Below are positions 1 through 13,230 of a stretch of DNA of 64,000 nucleotides, piece by piece. Location of the stretch: NCBI GenBank assembly GCA_002633005.1, contig NMRA01000078.1, positions 567,868-631,867 of the forward strand. The letters run 5' to 3'. How positions within the stretch are numbered: the first letter of the stretch is position 1; the number at the start of each line of letters is the position of its first letter. Both the position numbers and the translations under genes were made by a program. The stretch is from Phoronis australis. Taxonomy: Eukaryota > Animalia > Phoronida. A model generated the notes under the pieces. The model did not search any database, had not been told where the DNA came from, and was given only the letters and a program-made list of their open reading frames with translations.

Positions 1-1273
1 TTAGTATTTAAAATTTCAAATTTTACTCTGAAAATTCCCCAGGTTCCCTAAAGCCACCGTGCTTTTGTTTGCATAGCGTTCATCATCAATATGGCGGATC
101 GCGTGTCACGCGCTGTCTGGCTTGCGAGTATAGTCGTGTCATCTCTCTCTCTCTCTATATATATAGCTCATTCGTTGCAATCATGCGTTAAAAAGTCACA
201 AATTGGCAACTAACTTTATGATACGTGAGTCAATTTGAACCATTGAAACATTGTTTCTAATAGGGGTGTTGGATTTTGTAAATATGTCTTCTCGTATTGT
301 TTAAAAAGTAGGGTCAAAGAAGAGCTAAAAACGTGGATTAAGTGTTTGTTTTCGACGTTGGCTTGCAACGCAGTGGTACTTTTTAAATTATAATAATATT
401 GTGCCTACGGTAGGCCTAATAGAGCCCGTACCGGTATACGTGGGCATATATTTCTTTGTTACGTAGCTCAGAATGCACGTAAGTATGTTAAACTGTGTAG
501 ATTGTATCGAAATAATCTTACCCCGTAGGCAGATCTAAGCATAGCCTTGGTACAAAGCTGTACATAAATATACAGCTTTGCACCGATGCGGGTAAAAAAG
601 TTGTAAAGATAAAATCTGACACAAAATTAGCGTCATTAAAAACTACAGTCTTCCTTGAGTAATTTAAATTATTTAACGGTGTTGGCAAAAATGGCGTTCT
701 ACCGTTATTCTGCTGCTAAAGTTGTGGAGCGATCTTTAGCGACCGCTTTCGGCGCCATGAAATTTTGCGTCACCTATTGGCCAGATTCTTCTGATGTTCT
801 TTCACGAGGTTGCGTACACGTCACAACAAATTATCAGAACTGGTTTCACCTCATTAAAAGTTTTTAGAATTTTGGTACAGAAAAATTGAATTTCAGAAGA
901 AATTTTGTTGCTTCCAAGCTATCATTGTGTGCTGAGAAATGTCGCAAAAATTTAGGAAATGGCGCGTGCGCGTGACACGAGCGTACTGTTTTCAAAACGA
1001 CGAAATACTTTTCATTGTTAGAAAAGGCAGAGAGTTACGCAAGAAAATGAAGGTTATTGCATTGTTTTTCACTTAAACGGCTGTAACGGGCAAGGTGAGT
1101 GTCGGTTGACTCCCAGATTTTGCATGCACACCGTCTGGTCTTTAGCTTTACATGTTGATACAAGTTTCATGGCGTGGTGACGAGCAGAACTACCTTGGCT
1201 GTGTGCAATTTCGCTGTCTACGGAAGAAATACACGCAGTGGGACCTAGCTGTATTTTGACGACAGTCTTCATA

Positions 1274-1774
1274 NNNNNNNNNNNNNNNNNNNNNNNNNNN
1301 NNNNNNNNNNNNNNNNNNNNNNNNNNNNNNNNNNNNNNNNNNNNNNNNNNNNNNNNNNNNNNNNNNNNNNNNNNNNNNNNNNNNNNNNNNNNNNNNNNNN
1401 NNNNNNNNNNNNNNNNNNNNNNNNNNNNNNNNNNNNNNNNNNNNNNNNNNNNNNNNNNNNNNNNNNNNNNNNNNNNNNNNNNNNNNNNNNNNNNNNNNNN
1501 NNNNNNNNNNNNNNNNNNNNNNNNNNNNNNNNNNNNNNNNNNNNNNNNNNNNNNNNNNNNNNNNNNNNNNNNNNNNNNNNNNNNNNNNNNNNNNNNNNNN
1601 NNNNNNNNNNNNNNNNNNNNNNNNNNNNNNNNNNNNNNNNNNNNNNNNNNNNNNNNNNNNNNNNNNNNNNNNNNNNNNNNNNNNNNNNNNNNNNNNNNNN
1701 NNNNNNNNNNNNNNNNNNNNNNNNNNNNNNNNNNNNNNNNNNNNNNNNNNNNNNNNNNNNNNNNNNNNNNNNNN
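1274..1774. other. Assembly gap (N run)
   Basis: 501 consecutive N. Confidence 0.99.
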
Positions 1775-1852
<78 letters not shown>

Positions 1853-1882
1853 AGATTAGATATAGATATAGATATAGATATA
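1775..1882. repeat. (AT)n microsatellite grading into (TAGATA)n
   Basis: Direct reading; abuts the gap. Confidence 0.95.
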
Positions 1883-3129
1883 CATTTAGTCAAACTTATT
1901 GTCTTTTTCAAAAAAGAAATGCCAGTCTAATGTTTTGTATACTTCAAAGTTTCAGCCAAAGGCAAAGATTGAACCCAAAACAGGCACATGTTTTATACCG
2001 GAAGTTTTTAGTGTTCTGTCCAGTTGACTGCTTAGTCAAGCACTAGGAATTTATGCTCATACGGATATCTCAACCTGAACACGTGCTTCACTCCGTACAT
2101 AAAGCGAATGTTCAAAAGAGACGCATGGGCTTAAATGCGTGAGTAAAAAGTTAACGCAAGTTCACCAGGCAAAAACCGCTTTGCAGACTTCAAAGAAATC
2201 GTTGACGGAAATCGAAAGTTATTGAGGTGCTGCGAACCTCTTTCAATGCACAGCAACGGATTTTGTGTAATAGTTCAACTGTATTCAACTACACCTGGCA
2301 GAATCATTAGAACGTCCACGGCGTGTCCTTTCTGTGTGAGTTCCCTGTCCTTATGCCGAGGGTGATTATTGCTGAAGGATGTTGCAAGACACCGCGAGAA
2401 GTCGCCTTGTGCCAGCAGATCTACTTCAGGTAAATCAATTTCGGACTCGGTTAAACACAGTAAATCCTCAGGACAACCTTCCGACACCTGTGTTACTCTC
2501 CTTTCTACATTGGGGAACTCGAAGCTCCAGTGACTGTCGAAGATATCTGCCTTCACAAGTCCAAACGGTTCTACAGTGTCTAATGCGGTCATTTGCAACG
2601 ATGTGCAGTCATCTCTCTCGACACTGTGTTCCTCATGGAGGGCGCTGTTGTCAGTGGCGGTATATTTGGTTTCGGACCTAACTTCCGTCTTCACTGCTTG
2701 CGTGTTTGTGGCTTTAAATTGCCCAGTCCTCCCGAAACAGTAAAATTTATTAATTAAGAACTATCAAGTACCGATACTAACTCAGATTATTGCAATAAAT
2801 TTTTAAGTTATTCTTTAACAAAACAAGCATGTACAACAAGTAACTAGCACAGCAGCCAACGAAGCCCGCTGGACATTCAGACTTTCACAGTAAAGAAGTT
2901 CTGTATATTGTTTCTAGTGACGTTGCTATGAGTAACTTCACGTGGGATGGAAAATAACGATGTTACCACCGATATTGTGCAGTCTCAAGAATAGTCTTTT
3001 GCTTCGCACTATCTTTGCAGGCGTACACTATACGCGTCACTTCCCTGGTTAAAACCAATTTCATAACTCATGTATCCCTGATCGTTTGCGCCGTAACCAC
3101 TTATTTCTCAGCTTATCGCTATTTAGTTT

Positions 3130-3413
3130 TGTGCCACCCTGGCCATTCTTTCCGTTGGTACCCCCCCGCGCATCGGATTGCGGACTCCTAAGCCACCTCA
3201 TGGACAATACGTTTCACAGTTTATGACATTACTTGCAGTTCTCATAGAGAACACAGAGAACGAAAATGTAGTCTGGCATGGGTTGTCCAGTTTCACTAAG
3301 TTTTCCACGTGAGACTTGTATTGGACCCACCTTTTGGAATCTCTTGAAATCTTCTTGGCGAAAGTGCATGTCAGCTCCTTCGTGGCACTGTGAAGAAATT
3401 GCGGACACGACAT
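3130..3413 (-). pseudogene. Possible degenerate THAP-domain remnant (DNA-transposon derived)
   Basis: N-terminal Cys, KRWV, LCS and GVPT pieces in different frames loosely resemble THAP (C..C..W..LCSxHF..AVPT); frameshifted. Confidence 0.25.
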
Positions 3414-4230
3414 GCTCGTGTTAATTCGAGTGCTTCAGAATAAATCCTTATCACCAGTCAGTGTAAGTGAAAATGGTTACCGTTGTCTGTATGTGTCTTG
3501 CAAGCACTAGCTGAATTGAATTGTAAGCCTACCTGCTGTCAACCTAGATATATATTGTTTTGAAATTTTTCAGCAAAAATTGGGAGTGTTTCACTGACCT
3601 ATCCCGGGCCTGTTCCGTACGAACAAGAGAAAACATTAGATGGCGCTAATGACGCTGGTGATGACACAGTTATGTCATAATAACTTCGGCTTTACAATGG
3701 TGATTAATTTGGTAATGGAAAAATGGCATTGAACTGTCACACACCTTTATATATTTCTCTTTTAACACGTCCGGACCAGGTTTTGGTACGGGTCTTCTTT
3801 TCCCGTTTTTCTTTGACTTTCCCCTTTTATTTCGCAGTGCTTCTTCTTTCTAAAATGTTAAAAGCCACGAATTAGTCAGAAAGGAGGCTCGTAATATATG
3901 ATTGGCTTACACTTATGGTTCACGTGCTATGGACCAAAACGCTTGCTTGTTGCTGCCTACTCACACAAATATATTTATGGATATAAAAGTTAACCCGTAG
4001 TTTTAATACAAACTGTTCATCAGATCAATTAACAATTTCCACAGTGTACATGCATCCAAAAATTCCTTTTCAGCCTGGCAGATGCCGTGTTTAGCTTTTG
4101 CGACTACCACTACATCGGCCGTGGCCATCCCGTTATTCATTGCTTTAACCCTCCTGGAAGTCAAACAGAAAACCGTGAGCGAACGATGCATTCAATAGAC
4201 TGCGATCACTTCCCATAGTACAATAAGTTG

Positions 4231-4445
4231 ATTTGACAATGCATTATGCAAACTAGCCTTTTACGTATGGACAGAAAAGTGCATTACACTGTGCAGTGAG
4301 TGGGGAATCCATTATCGAAGCAGAGCTCTGTGTTCAGTAGACCAAAAACATTACCTTACATTTGGAGCGTCAAACATTCACTTTCGGAACGGAAACTGAA
4401 CTCTATGCCAATGAATTCTATCTTACAATCCAACATTCTAATTTC
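4231..4445 (+). repeat. Direct repeat copy 1 flanking LINE (putative long TSD)
   Basis: ATTTGACAATGCATTATGC...CAACATTCTAATTTC recurs at 6336-6556 with ~10 substitutions and a 6-bp indel. Confidence 0.95.
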
Positions 4446-6335
4446 TTAGTAAGTAATTTATTGAGACATATACACGTAGCCATAGGCCCAAAGTATATCA
4501 TGTACTGACAAGACAGAACATTGTTAGGTGCCACGTTTCAAATTGGATAATAAATTGTGGCGCTTGAGAGCGTGATGGACGAATTTAATAAGTAGGATAT
4601 CTGGAGTTATCATGAGATATTCAAATTTAGAAGCCGCGGGAGAATGACAAAAACGATCGCTTAAGTACTTAACCCGAAGGTCTTGGTACGCACTACAAGC
4701 CAACACAACGTGGTATTCGTCCTCTACACATCCCGAATTGCATAACCCACACAGCCTGTTTTCATAGGGAATATTTGTGTGGCGACCTCTTTCCACTAGT
4801 AACGAATGATTTGAACATTGCAATCGAGTCAGAGACTGGATAAAAACACGTGGGATACCAACTATTTCTAGTCAATTCTCAAGACTATACATTGATTTAA
4901 ACCTCACATAGTAATGCACTTTTGCGTTACATTCGATATCAAATTGCCAGCCTTGCAAATAACAGTTGTTGACACGTTGAGAAAAAACTGTCAAGAAATA
5001 CGCTTGGTTTACCACACCCTGATTAATCCATACATCTGAAAAACCATAGACAGATAGAAGTTTCCTGACAAAACTTGCCCAATTATAGGAAGATCTTTCA
5101 ATCAGGTCTGATTGAAAAAGCATATCATATGCACCTTTTACCCCACGATTACTAGCCATCTCCAGTATTTTGAACCAGTATTTTATACAAGAAACAAACT
5201 ATTTAGTAGTCAATGGGAGTCGACCACATTCTCCCGTAATTGCCGAATTTGAACAACAACTGCTTACTCCTAAAATGCGTTTACAAAATTTGATATGTAC
5301 ATTTTCCAATTGTTCATATTCCTTAAAGCCCCATATCTCAGCGCCGTAACACAGAAAGGGGTAAACTATTATATCGAACAGGTGAAAGGCTATTGACGGG
5401 GGCAGATCACAACATCTTCGTTTTAATTTACAAATTGCACGTTGTAAGTTGATGGCGGTAGAGGAACATAACGCCATGTCGCCTGCGTACAGTAGGGATT
5501 TAACTCTTGGCACTTGTTCGCTGAGATATGTGCTATTAATATTACTTTTCGCACTCATTTGATCCAGAAATTCATTTAGATACAACACAAATAATAATAG
5601 GCTGATCATGCAACACTGGCGAGTACCAACAGTACAATCAAAGAACTCTGTAAGACCATCTTGAGTTTTCACACAAGTGCGCAACTTACTATACATAGAG
5701 CGGATAATGTTGAAAATTTTACCGTGCACATCAATGTTTTTCAATCAATGGAAGAGTAAATTATGTGGGATTCGATCGAATGCCTTCGAGAAATCTACAA
5801 AGGCACAGTAAAATCTCCCATCCTGCCAACTCAAATACCTGTGTCACATAGGTTGAAGTGTAAACACTTGGTCAATCGTAGAGTAGCCTTTTCTAAGCCC
5901 AACTTGAGACTCATAAAGTTTATCATTATTTTCAGCCCAGTAATAAAGACGATTATTTAAAAGTTTGGTAAAACGTTTTCCCAAAGCAGACAACAGGGAG
6001 ATACCTCTATAGTTGTTTTCGTCATTGATATTACCTTGTTTATATACTGGAATAAGCACTGCATCACACCAAGTCTGAGGATAATACCCAGAATCAAAAA
6101 TAGCATTAAATAACCTATACAAGACTGGCACTATCGTTACCTTAGTGCACTTCAGCATTTCAAAAATCACGCCATCATAACCCCTAGTCTTGCCATTAGG
6201 CAATTGTTTAATGGCCTCATATACATGTATTTCAGAAGGCAAGAAATCAGTATTAAGATCAGATAGGAAATTGTTACTACCCTTTTCACAGGAACTATCA
6301 TGCTCACTCATTTCCTGCGTGGCAAATTGACTCAA
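4446..6335 (-). mobile_element. 5'-truncated, frameshifted non-LTR retrotransposon (RTE/RTEX-like), RT plus C-terminal CCHC
   Basis: ORF pieces 5844-6356 (PVYKQG..NYRGISLLS), 5199-5744 (YAGD = YADD variant, YGAEIWG, GECGRLPL), 4872-5159, 4524-4823 (CGLC..EDEYHVVLAC); 3' end AATAAA-TTACTTACTAA on minus strand. Confidence 0.93.
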
Positions 6336-6556
6336 ATTTGACAATGCATTATGCAAACTAGCCTTTCACCCTGACGTATGGACAGAAAAATGCATTGCAC
6401 TGTGTAGTGAGTGGGGAATCCATCATCGAAGCAGGGCTCTGTGTTCGGTAGACCAAAGACATTAGCTTACATTTGGAGCGTCAAACATTCACTTTAGGAA
6501 CGGAAACTGAACTCTATGCCAATGGATTCTATCTTACAATCCAACATTCTAATTTC
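6336..6556 (+). repeat. Direct repeat copy 2 flanking LINE
   Basis: Matches 4231-4445. Confidence 0.95.
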
Positions 6557-6672
6557 ACCGACCGAGTGACTGCCGTATCGCTAAGTTACGCTGTAGTGAA
6601 GTGTAAAGAATAACCGCGAAACATTTTCCTTGCGTTGTCCTGTGTGACCTCGCATGTCTCACAAGTACTTTG

Positions 6673-6741
6673 CATGGGCGGCGCAGCACTGAAATAAGTG
6701 GGGGCGCTCTAGCCCCGGTTCCTTATGGTGCGCTGCCCATG
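6673..6741. mobile_element. 69-bp miniature TIR element with 5-bp TSD
   Basis: CATGGGCGGCGCA...TGCGCTGCCCATG flanked by CTTTG on both sides. Confidence 0.7.
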
Positions 6742-8045
6742 CTTTGTCTACTGAACACTACTCCGACGAAACACGTAAATTGTCTAGTTGCCGGGGGTGT
6801 ACGCCGTGTCAACGACTACGCCTGGATGTGCACGCTCAGTCATGTTTCGTCTATTCGCGAAAAGTCAATTAAAATAAAACTTGTAACACTAATAATAACT
6901 GACCCATAAACGCTAAGACCCATAACAATCAAAAGATCCCGCATAGGCGTTATCTTCTACTCTTAGTATTGAGAAGTTATGAATAAAGAATAGATTGTGC
7001 GCTAGTGTAAAGTTTACAATTTTCAAAATTAGCGAGTTATAGTAACATCAACGGGCCACTAACTCTCTCAAAATTTCCTCTTTGATTACCGCTTCCGCCC
7101 TCAAAGTTTTAATATCCCGCTGTAGATTAGAGATTGTACACGGTGTGTCTTCAAAATGCTGTTGCACGTTTTCATAGCAGCGATCTATAACAGAGAAAAG
7201 TGCGTAAATTCATTTGAAAACACAAGACCGAAGAGCACAGCTGGTTCTCATTTCTTTTTGTTTAAACGCTTTCGATGGTACGGTATGTTTTAGTTGCTTT
7301 ATTTTTACAAAAATAGTTTTGCGTAAGGAGCTTGCTCTTTTAATCATCAAAAAGTCCAGAACCAACTCTGTTTTTTGGACTTAGCAAAATATTAAATTTC
7401 GGGTAAATCACAATTAAGGTCCATATTTGCGAGTCAACTGTGTTACGGGCTATAGTCTCTTTGGTTCACTTATGCAAAGAGCTATTTAGCTGTACAAATT
7501 AAAAAAGAAGTATATGCATGTTTTGACTATAAATTTCATGCGCTTTTGGCGTTATAAGTGGCCATCTAAAGTGCTTGGCTGCTTCAGAAGCATCGACGGA
7601 AGTGCATAATTGAACTCCGCGTAACTTGCCGATGAGTAACGAAAACTCGAAATACGTTGCTTTTCGTGACGACAGCAAATCACAATGCAAAGAAATTATA
7701 TTTTCAGGGTGAACCCCTCAGTTTTTGAGGTGGTTTACTTGCAGTTTATATTACACTGGTGGTGGTTTTTTTGTTTTGCTGGCGACGTTTTTTATCTTTT
7801 TATATTTTTTGTTCTGTCCTAAGGGTGGGTGTAAAACCCTGAACCCCGTAGATCCGCCAGTGAATAAGTCTTTGATTTGATTTGTTTGGTTTGTTATTTT
7901 TTGTTTTTGGCTTTCAATTTTGCCGATTAAACTATCTTATTTGCAAAAAACAGGGAAAAGCCAGCCGAGCTTACGGCCCCAATCATTGGTCCTGCAGGTC
8001 AGCGCTTGTTCTATGTTCAGATCCAGTCGTGCTTGGGTAGACAGC

Positions 8046-8145
8046 GTGGGTTTTGGGTCGTGGGTCGTGGGGTTGTGGGTCGTAGGGGTCGTGGGTAGAG
8101 GGGAGTGTGGGTCGAGGGGGTTGAAGGGGCATAGAACTACCCCCC
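8046..8145 (+). repeat. G-rich (GGGTCGTG-like) repeat block, probable TE terminus
   Basis: Many GGG tracts ending TAGAACTACCC; related blocks at 10634-10698 (inverted), 53979-54014 (inverted), 54597-54693. Confidence 0.7.
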
Positions 8146-8406
8146 TTAAAATAACCCAGCTTTTATAGATATGACATCCTTCATTTTTACCAAAAGTGGC
8201 CCACGCATACGGACCTTGAATGTGATTTGCCAGTTTATCATATGCTTAGTTTTAAGATTTAAGGAGTAGTATTTTTCGAAGCGATATCTCATTTCTACTC
8301 AGCGAGAGGATGAGGGTAATTGGGCAGGGTATTAACGATCTAGGGGACTACACTGTACATCACATGAATAGTGACACTAACAGCGTATGGTAGAAAGGGA
8401 ACTCAC

Positions 8407-8540
8407 ATTGCGGCTTAGCTAGTTTCAGCACCTTGGCTCGGTTTTGCTCAATGAATCCTCTTAACTTCTCCAACATCGTTTTTATATCGAGCAAAGTCTG
8501 GGCTTCCTTCTTGTGAATTTTACTCAGTTTCATATGAGTG
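8407..8540 (-). CDS. Candidate orphan coding exon (helical/coiled-coil-like), gene unknown
   Basis: Strong acceptor TTTTCTTGTTTTCCAG, donor AAT|GTGAGT; only one open frame: THMKLSKIHKKEAQTLLDIKTMLEKLRGFIEQNRAKVLKLAKPQ. Confidence 0.35.
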
Positions 8541-11500
8541 CTGGAAAACAAGAAAATCGTTCCAAGCAACATGATTAGCTGCTCGCTGAAGGTGTTTTCA
8601 TAAAAATTGCTTTACAAACAGACTCACCTGCACCTGAAAACTTTCTACCGTTTTACAGTACGCTATTCAGCAAATGTTCATTAACGACATTTACGAGATA
8701 GCGCTTATGAAGAGAAGTTCCTCTTTGAAACATCTGGTTAGATTAAAAGCAGAAATCAGTGTGTGTGATAACGGTCCCACGTGACTACAGAATTCAAACA
8801 TGTAGTTAGGATCGTTGTCCGAGGAACACTGTAAAAGATAGTTACTTGTTTTCGGTGAGTTCAAACATTCCTCGTTTTGTCACCTGCTAATGTGTTATAG
8901 GCGTCCCAGCTGAGTGACGAAAACAGTATTCGTGAACTTGTACTTTCTGTGTGACAGATTGGACATTATGGCTCTTTTTGAGCAGTTATCGAGAGGCACA
9001 GGGAAATATTTTGTTTCAGAGAAACTAGGTATCAAAGTCGTCGATGATATCAGTACTAATAGGCCATTATCAAGATATTATCGGCCATTGCAGACACCAC
9101 ATCCGCCCCACAGTTGACAAACGACTTAAGTGTATTGCAATTTAATTTTCTACGAAAGTTACCTGTTGAGTCCATGAATACAAAATACACCTTTGCCTCA
9201 AAATTACGCACTTTTTCGTCCAACCAATTTCTTCTACTGTTTTACCAACCAACTTCAGGACGTCTGTCATGTCCATTTCAGCGTAGTTCTTTCTCCGTAC
9301 ATCGTTCACTCTTTAACAGCGAGCGTCCCGCAATAAGACGTCAATGAATCAATCACTCGGATTTCAAAAATAAAGATGACGTCATGCTATTATGTTGTTT
9401 GATGACGTAGCTAATTGTATTGACAGAATAATTGTGACGTTTTCCGTTTCTAGAGTCATTTTGGAAATGGTTTTGGAAAATAAATTTCTCACTTTGAGAA
9501 ATCTCTGACTATATTACTTGATAGCTGCAGATGATTGTTACAAAATTCGCACTGTCTTGTCCTGTGAATTTGACAAAGGTTATGTCCTTAATACCACAGG
9601 TTAAGTACCGATACAAGTTAACTGTTTGATGTGTCCAATGAAATGAAGAGGATACGTATTTTGCTAAACAAAAACTGCAACTTTCTTTCAGTTGAGTGTT
9701 AGTGTTGGGGACTATACATGTACATGTATGTGTTAAACGAATTTGAAACCTCTTTTAGTTATGAATCATATGTAAAGTGGCCCTTCCCCCACCACTCGTC
9801 AGTTAAAAAGTTTATAAAATTTACAATTTGTTTCAAAGTTTGGTGTTTTGTACATGTACATGATTTAACCAGTTTAACAAACAAGATTTTCTCTGGCCTC
9901 GAAAGCAAGCGTGAAAGTAATTTTGGGATGTTTGGCAAAGTATCTGTAAATGCTTTATTTTTATTACTTTAAGCTATTCGCGTGATGTTTTTCGCAAGCC
10001 GTAAAACTTTGCGGTAAAGATGAGAGGTGAGGTCTATAAAATCGAATTATGACATTAGGTCTCCCTAAGTGTCTAAAAATTCATGAAACTTATAAATATT
10101 ATTCTATGAAACTTTCCACACTACAAACATCCATTGCCTGCAAAAACACGTTGTTTAATCACACTTCAAAAATACAACTTGTCAACCTAGGAAACCCTAT
10201 ACTTTTCAAATGAAACATCTTGAAATTAGTGTCAAGTAGATTAAATTGGCTCTTCCGCACACAATGTCTCCAATTGTTAGTCTGGTACTGTCTTGGACAG
10301 TTTGTTTTCCGTAGTCAACGCATATAAGACTTAGTTGCCTCTTTCAATGAAATGACCGAGATTATAATTTTCGACGACAGGGTTTTAGTTCTGAACAGGC
10401 CGTGCCTACTTCTCAAGACACCCGATTGTACATAATAAAATATACAGATAGAAATTTCAAGTTTCGATAGAAATTTGATATGTATGTTGCAGCCTCACCT
10501 TACCCCGCGTCAAACAAGGAAACATATCATTTTTAAGAAGAAACACAATCACGTTCCTACTTACAATAAGAAATCATTCTAGTGCTCTAAGAAGTTTTCG
10601 CCACTTTTTTATTTGAAAAAAAAGGAATTTTCCGGGATTGTTCTGAAACCCCCTCGACCCACGACCTCCTCGACCCTCAACCCCCTCGACCCACTACCTT
10701 TGACCAGGTACCATTTAGTATTATTGCCGTTTTCACAAGCGCACAAAGTGCGTTTCTGGAAGGGATTTGCCACTGCTAGCTTACGCTTTCGACGTTATAA
10801 AAATGGCGCTGTCAAATAACAGAAATAAACGTTTTGTTTTTAATTGTTTTTCACAACGTGATAACACCACAAAAGAACCAAACTTAGAAACGTCGCCAAC
10901 CAAGAAAAAACGAAATACACGGAGAATTGTTTAGAAGAAGTGTTTATAATGTATTTTATACCACATCATTGTACAACCCATCACAGGCAATGAAGTACGC
11001 TTGCAGCTTAACAGGTGAAGGAACATTAAGATTCCCTCATAAACATATCGCCTCTACTGTACTCTTATGGGGTGGAGGATGATCGCCGGAAGAGCGTACA
11101 GTTTGTTGACCTATCGCAAGCTCCGCTCCCTTGCGCAATGCCGACTAACAACCAATGAGTTTTACCAGGAAACGTGTTGCTTGTCGGGTAAATGGCGGCT
11201 TGGAAACGAAGGTGTGTCAAGAATGATGAGTTCTAAATGGTCAGTTAAGGCGTCACTCAAAATCCTGGCGATAGGTCAATTGTGAACGATTCCTACTGAA
11301 CGCAGTGAAATCGATGCGTTCAACAGAGGACAATAAAGTCAGTTCCACCAGTGAGTATTGATTAAGGGTGGGTTATCCAGATGATAATTTAAAGTATTGC
11401 AAAAGCATTGGTCTATATCGAAAAGAAAAAAACACGAACTTCCAGTCCCATGACGTGTCGAATTCCGTAGGGGTAAGAATTTCACGAGATTTAGGTGATT

Positions 11501-12805
11501 TGTTCGTAATAAATGACGATACAGAATCTCCCAAAACTTTGCGTGATGATTGCGTTTCCATTTCGCGTCTTCGGAAGGCACTCCTATTCACTAAAGACGC
11601 CGTTCATCGATGTCACTTTGTTACCATTTTGTTGAAGTTCACTATTCAATAAATTTCAGAATTCATTACAGTTGTATAGTCATGATATAATTTAAACTTT
11701 TCAGAACGCTTTGGAATCTGCTAAGTGATTTGCGAAGGATATCTGTTGAAATGCGTCCCTTGGACCGCCGTCGATGAGGTGTCATTCCGTAGACGCGAAA
11801 ACTGGTGAAAATGCTAGATCACACAATACCACGTAAAATCAATAACATTCTTCAGTAAAAATTCAGGATGCAGCGATGTTTGACAAAAACGTGATAAACA
11901 AATTGCTTCAACCACCTATCCGAAATTAGAAGAAAAGGGTTTTCCTATAGCTAAACGTGCAAACATCGACTGTGCAGCTTTGAAATATAATCTGGATAGT
12001 TTTTTGCGTTGTTTGCAGTGTAGGAATTTACATAAACGCTTAGAAATAATACTAATGCTTTAGAATTTGAAAATTAGTTATCCTTATACATGTTACCCGA
12101 AACAAGAGATACTCTAACACATGCCAAACGCAAATATGAAATTTCGATGTAACACACAAAAACGTAAAGTCAGTGATGTTTTTATTCAAGGGGAGATGTA
12201 ATACAATAAAGCGCCCGACGGCATCCTTTGTAATCTTTAACAGACTTGGAAATATCAAGCGCCACACAGGGAAAAACAGGGGCATGCAAGTGCGCGGACT
12301 GTTTTATCTTTTAAAAATTTCCCGCCATGCCCTTGCCTCATCGAAATGACCCTCTTTGTTATGTATCAACATACAATGATACAATTTCTCACACAGCATT
12401 GCTCTATTTTTCCGTGTGTGGTTTGTGTAATTCAATATGGAAAAATCTCTCATTTTTTTAAATGGGTCGAGGTTGCAAACAAGGAAGCCCTTTACATCCC
12501 TATCATTTTCTACTCTGTGCTGAGATTATGGGAAATCTCTTTAAGCCCCCTGCAGCGACCTCCGCAGAGCATGTTTGAGTTGTGACCCGTGGTTGTTTGT
12601 GACCTAATGCGGTGTTCCTAGTCACATAACGCACGAATGGACAAATGAAGTTCATTGATTGCTTCTTCTGGATTCATTTTATTTTGAAGTTTGCAAATTT
12701 GACTTTACCCAGTTACCCCAGCAGGGATCTTTTAACATCAATCATTTTGGGGAATTGGAAAATCACACGGGAGCACACTCGATTCTGACAGTCGGGTAAA
12801 TGAAA

Positions 12806-13230
12806 CACAGGCGTCCTCAGCTTCTGATCGTCCCCAATACACTACATATAATACTACAAGGTATGACACTCCCGTCTAGAAATTCCACGAGTGCTTCACT
12901 TCAGCCGTCCATAGCAAATATAGACAATAAATTTTTACAAAACAGAGGTTCAACAAACCATGAAGAATTGTTCTTTCTCCCAATACCATTCACGATGTCC
13001 TGTTCCGGCGACTTCGTAAGAAATTCGCAGTCAAAGAACAAAAATGCTCACAAAAAACCCCAACACACGTCCATCGTGGGCCGCTCGAGGTCAAGGACGG
13101 TACGGAAATTGCCGGTGATTTAGGGAAGTACCGACATCGTGACTTTACGCGACAAACCGACAATTTCCAGTCGGGAGTGTCGTATTATATGTAGTGTATT
13201 GGGGACGATCAGAAGCTGAGGACGCCTGTG
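12806..13230. mobile_element. 425-bp MITE, 49-bp perfect TIR, 8-bp TSD (P-element- or hAT-like)
   Basis: CACAGGCGTCCTCAGCTTCTGATCGTCCCCAATACACTACATATAATAC inverted at the right end; AAATGAAA at 12798-12805 and 13231-13238. Confidence 0.93.

Noticed and set aside
1069-1930. Long ORFs with poly-X and IYIY runs
   Set aside because: Artefacts of the N gap and (AT)n microsatellite
4231-6556. Direct repeats as LTRs
   Set aside because: No TG..CA, PBS or PPT; the enclosed RT is non-LTR type with its own tail
11300-11600. Possible Crypton/DUF3504 tyrosine-recombinase remnant on the minus strand
   Set aside because: Only vague similarity (EILTPTEFDTSW..PMLLQ); no catalytic motifs readable
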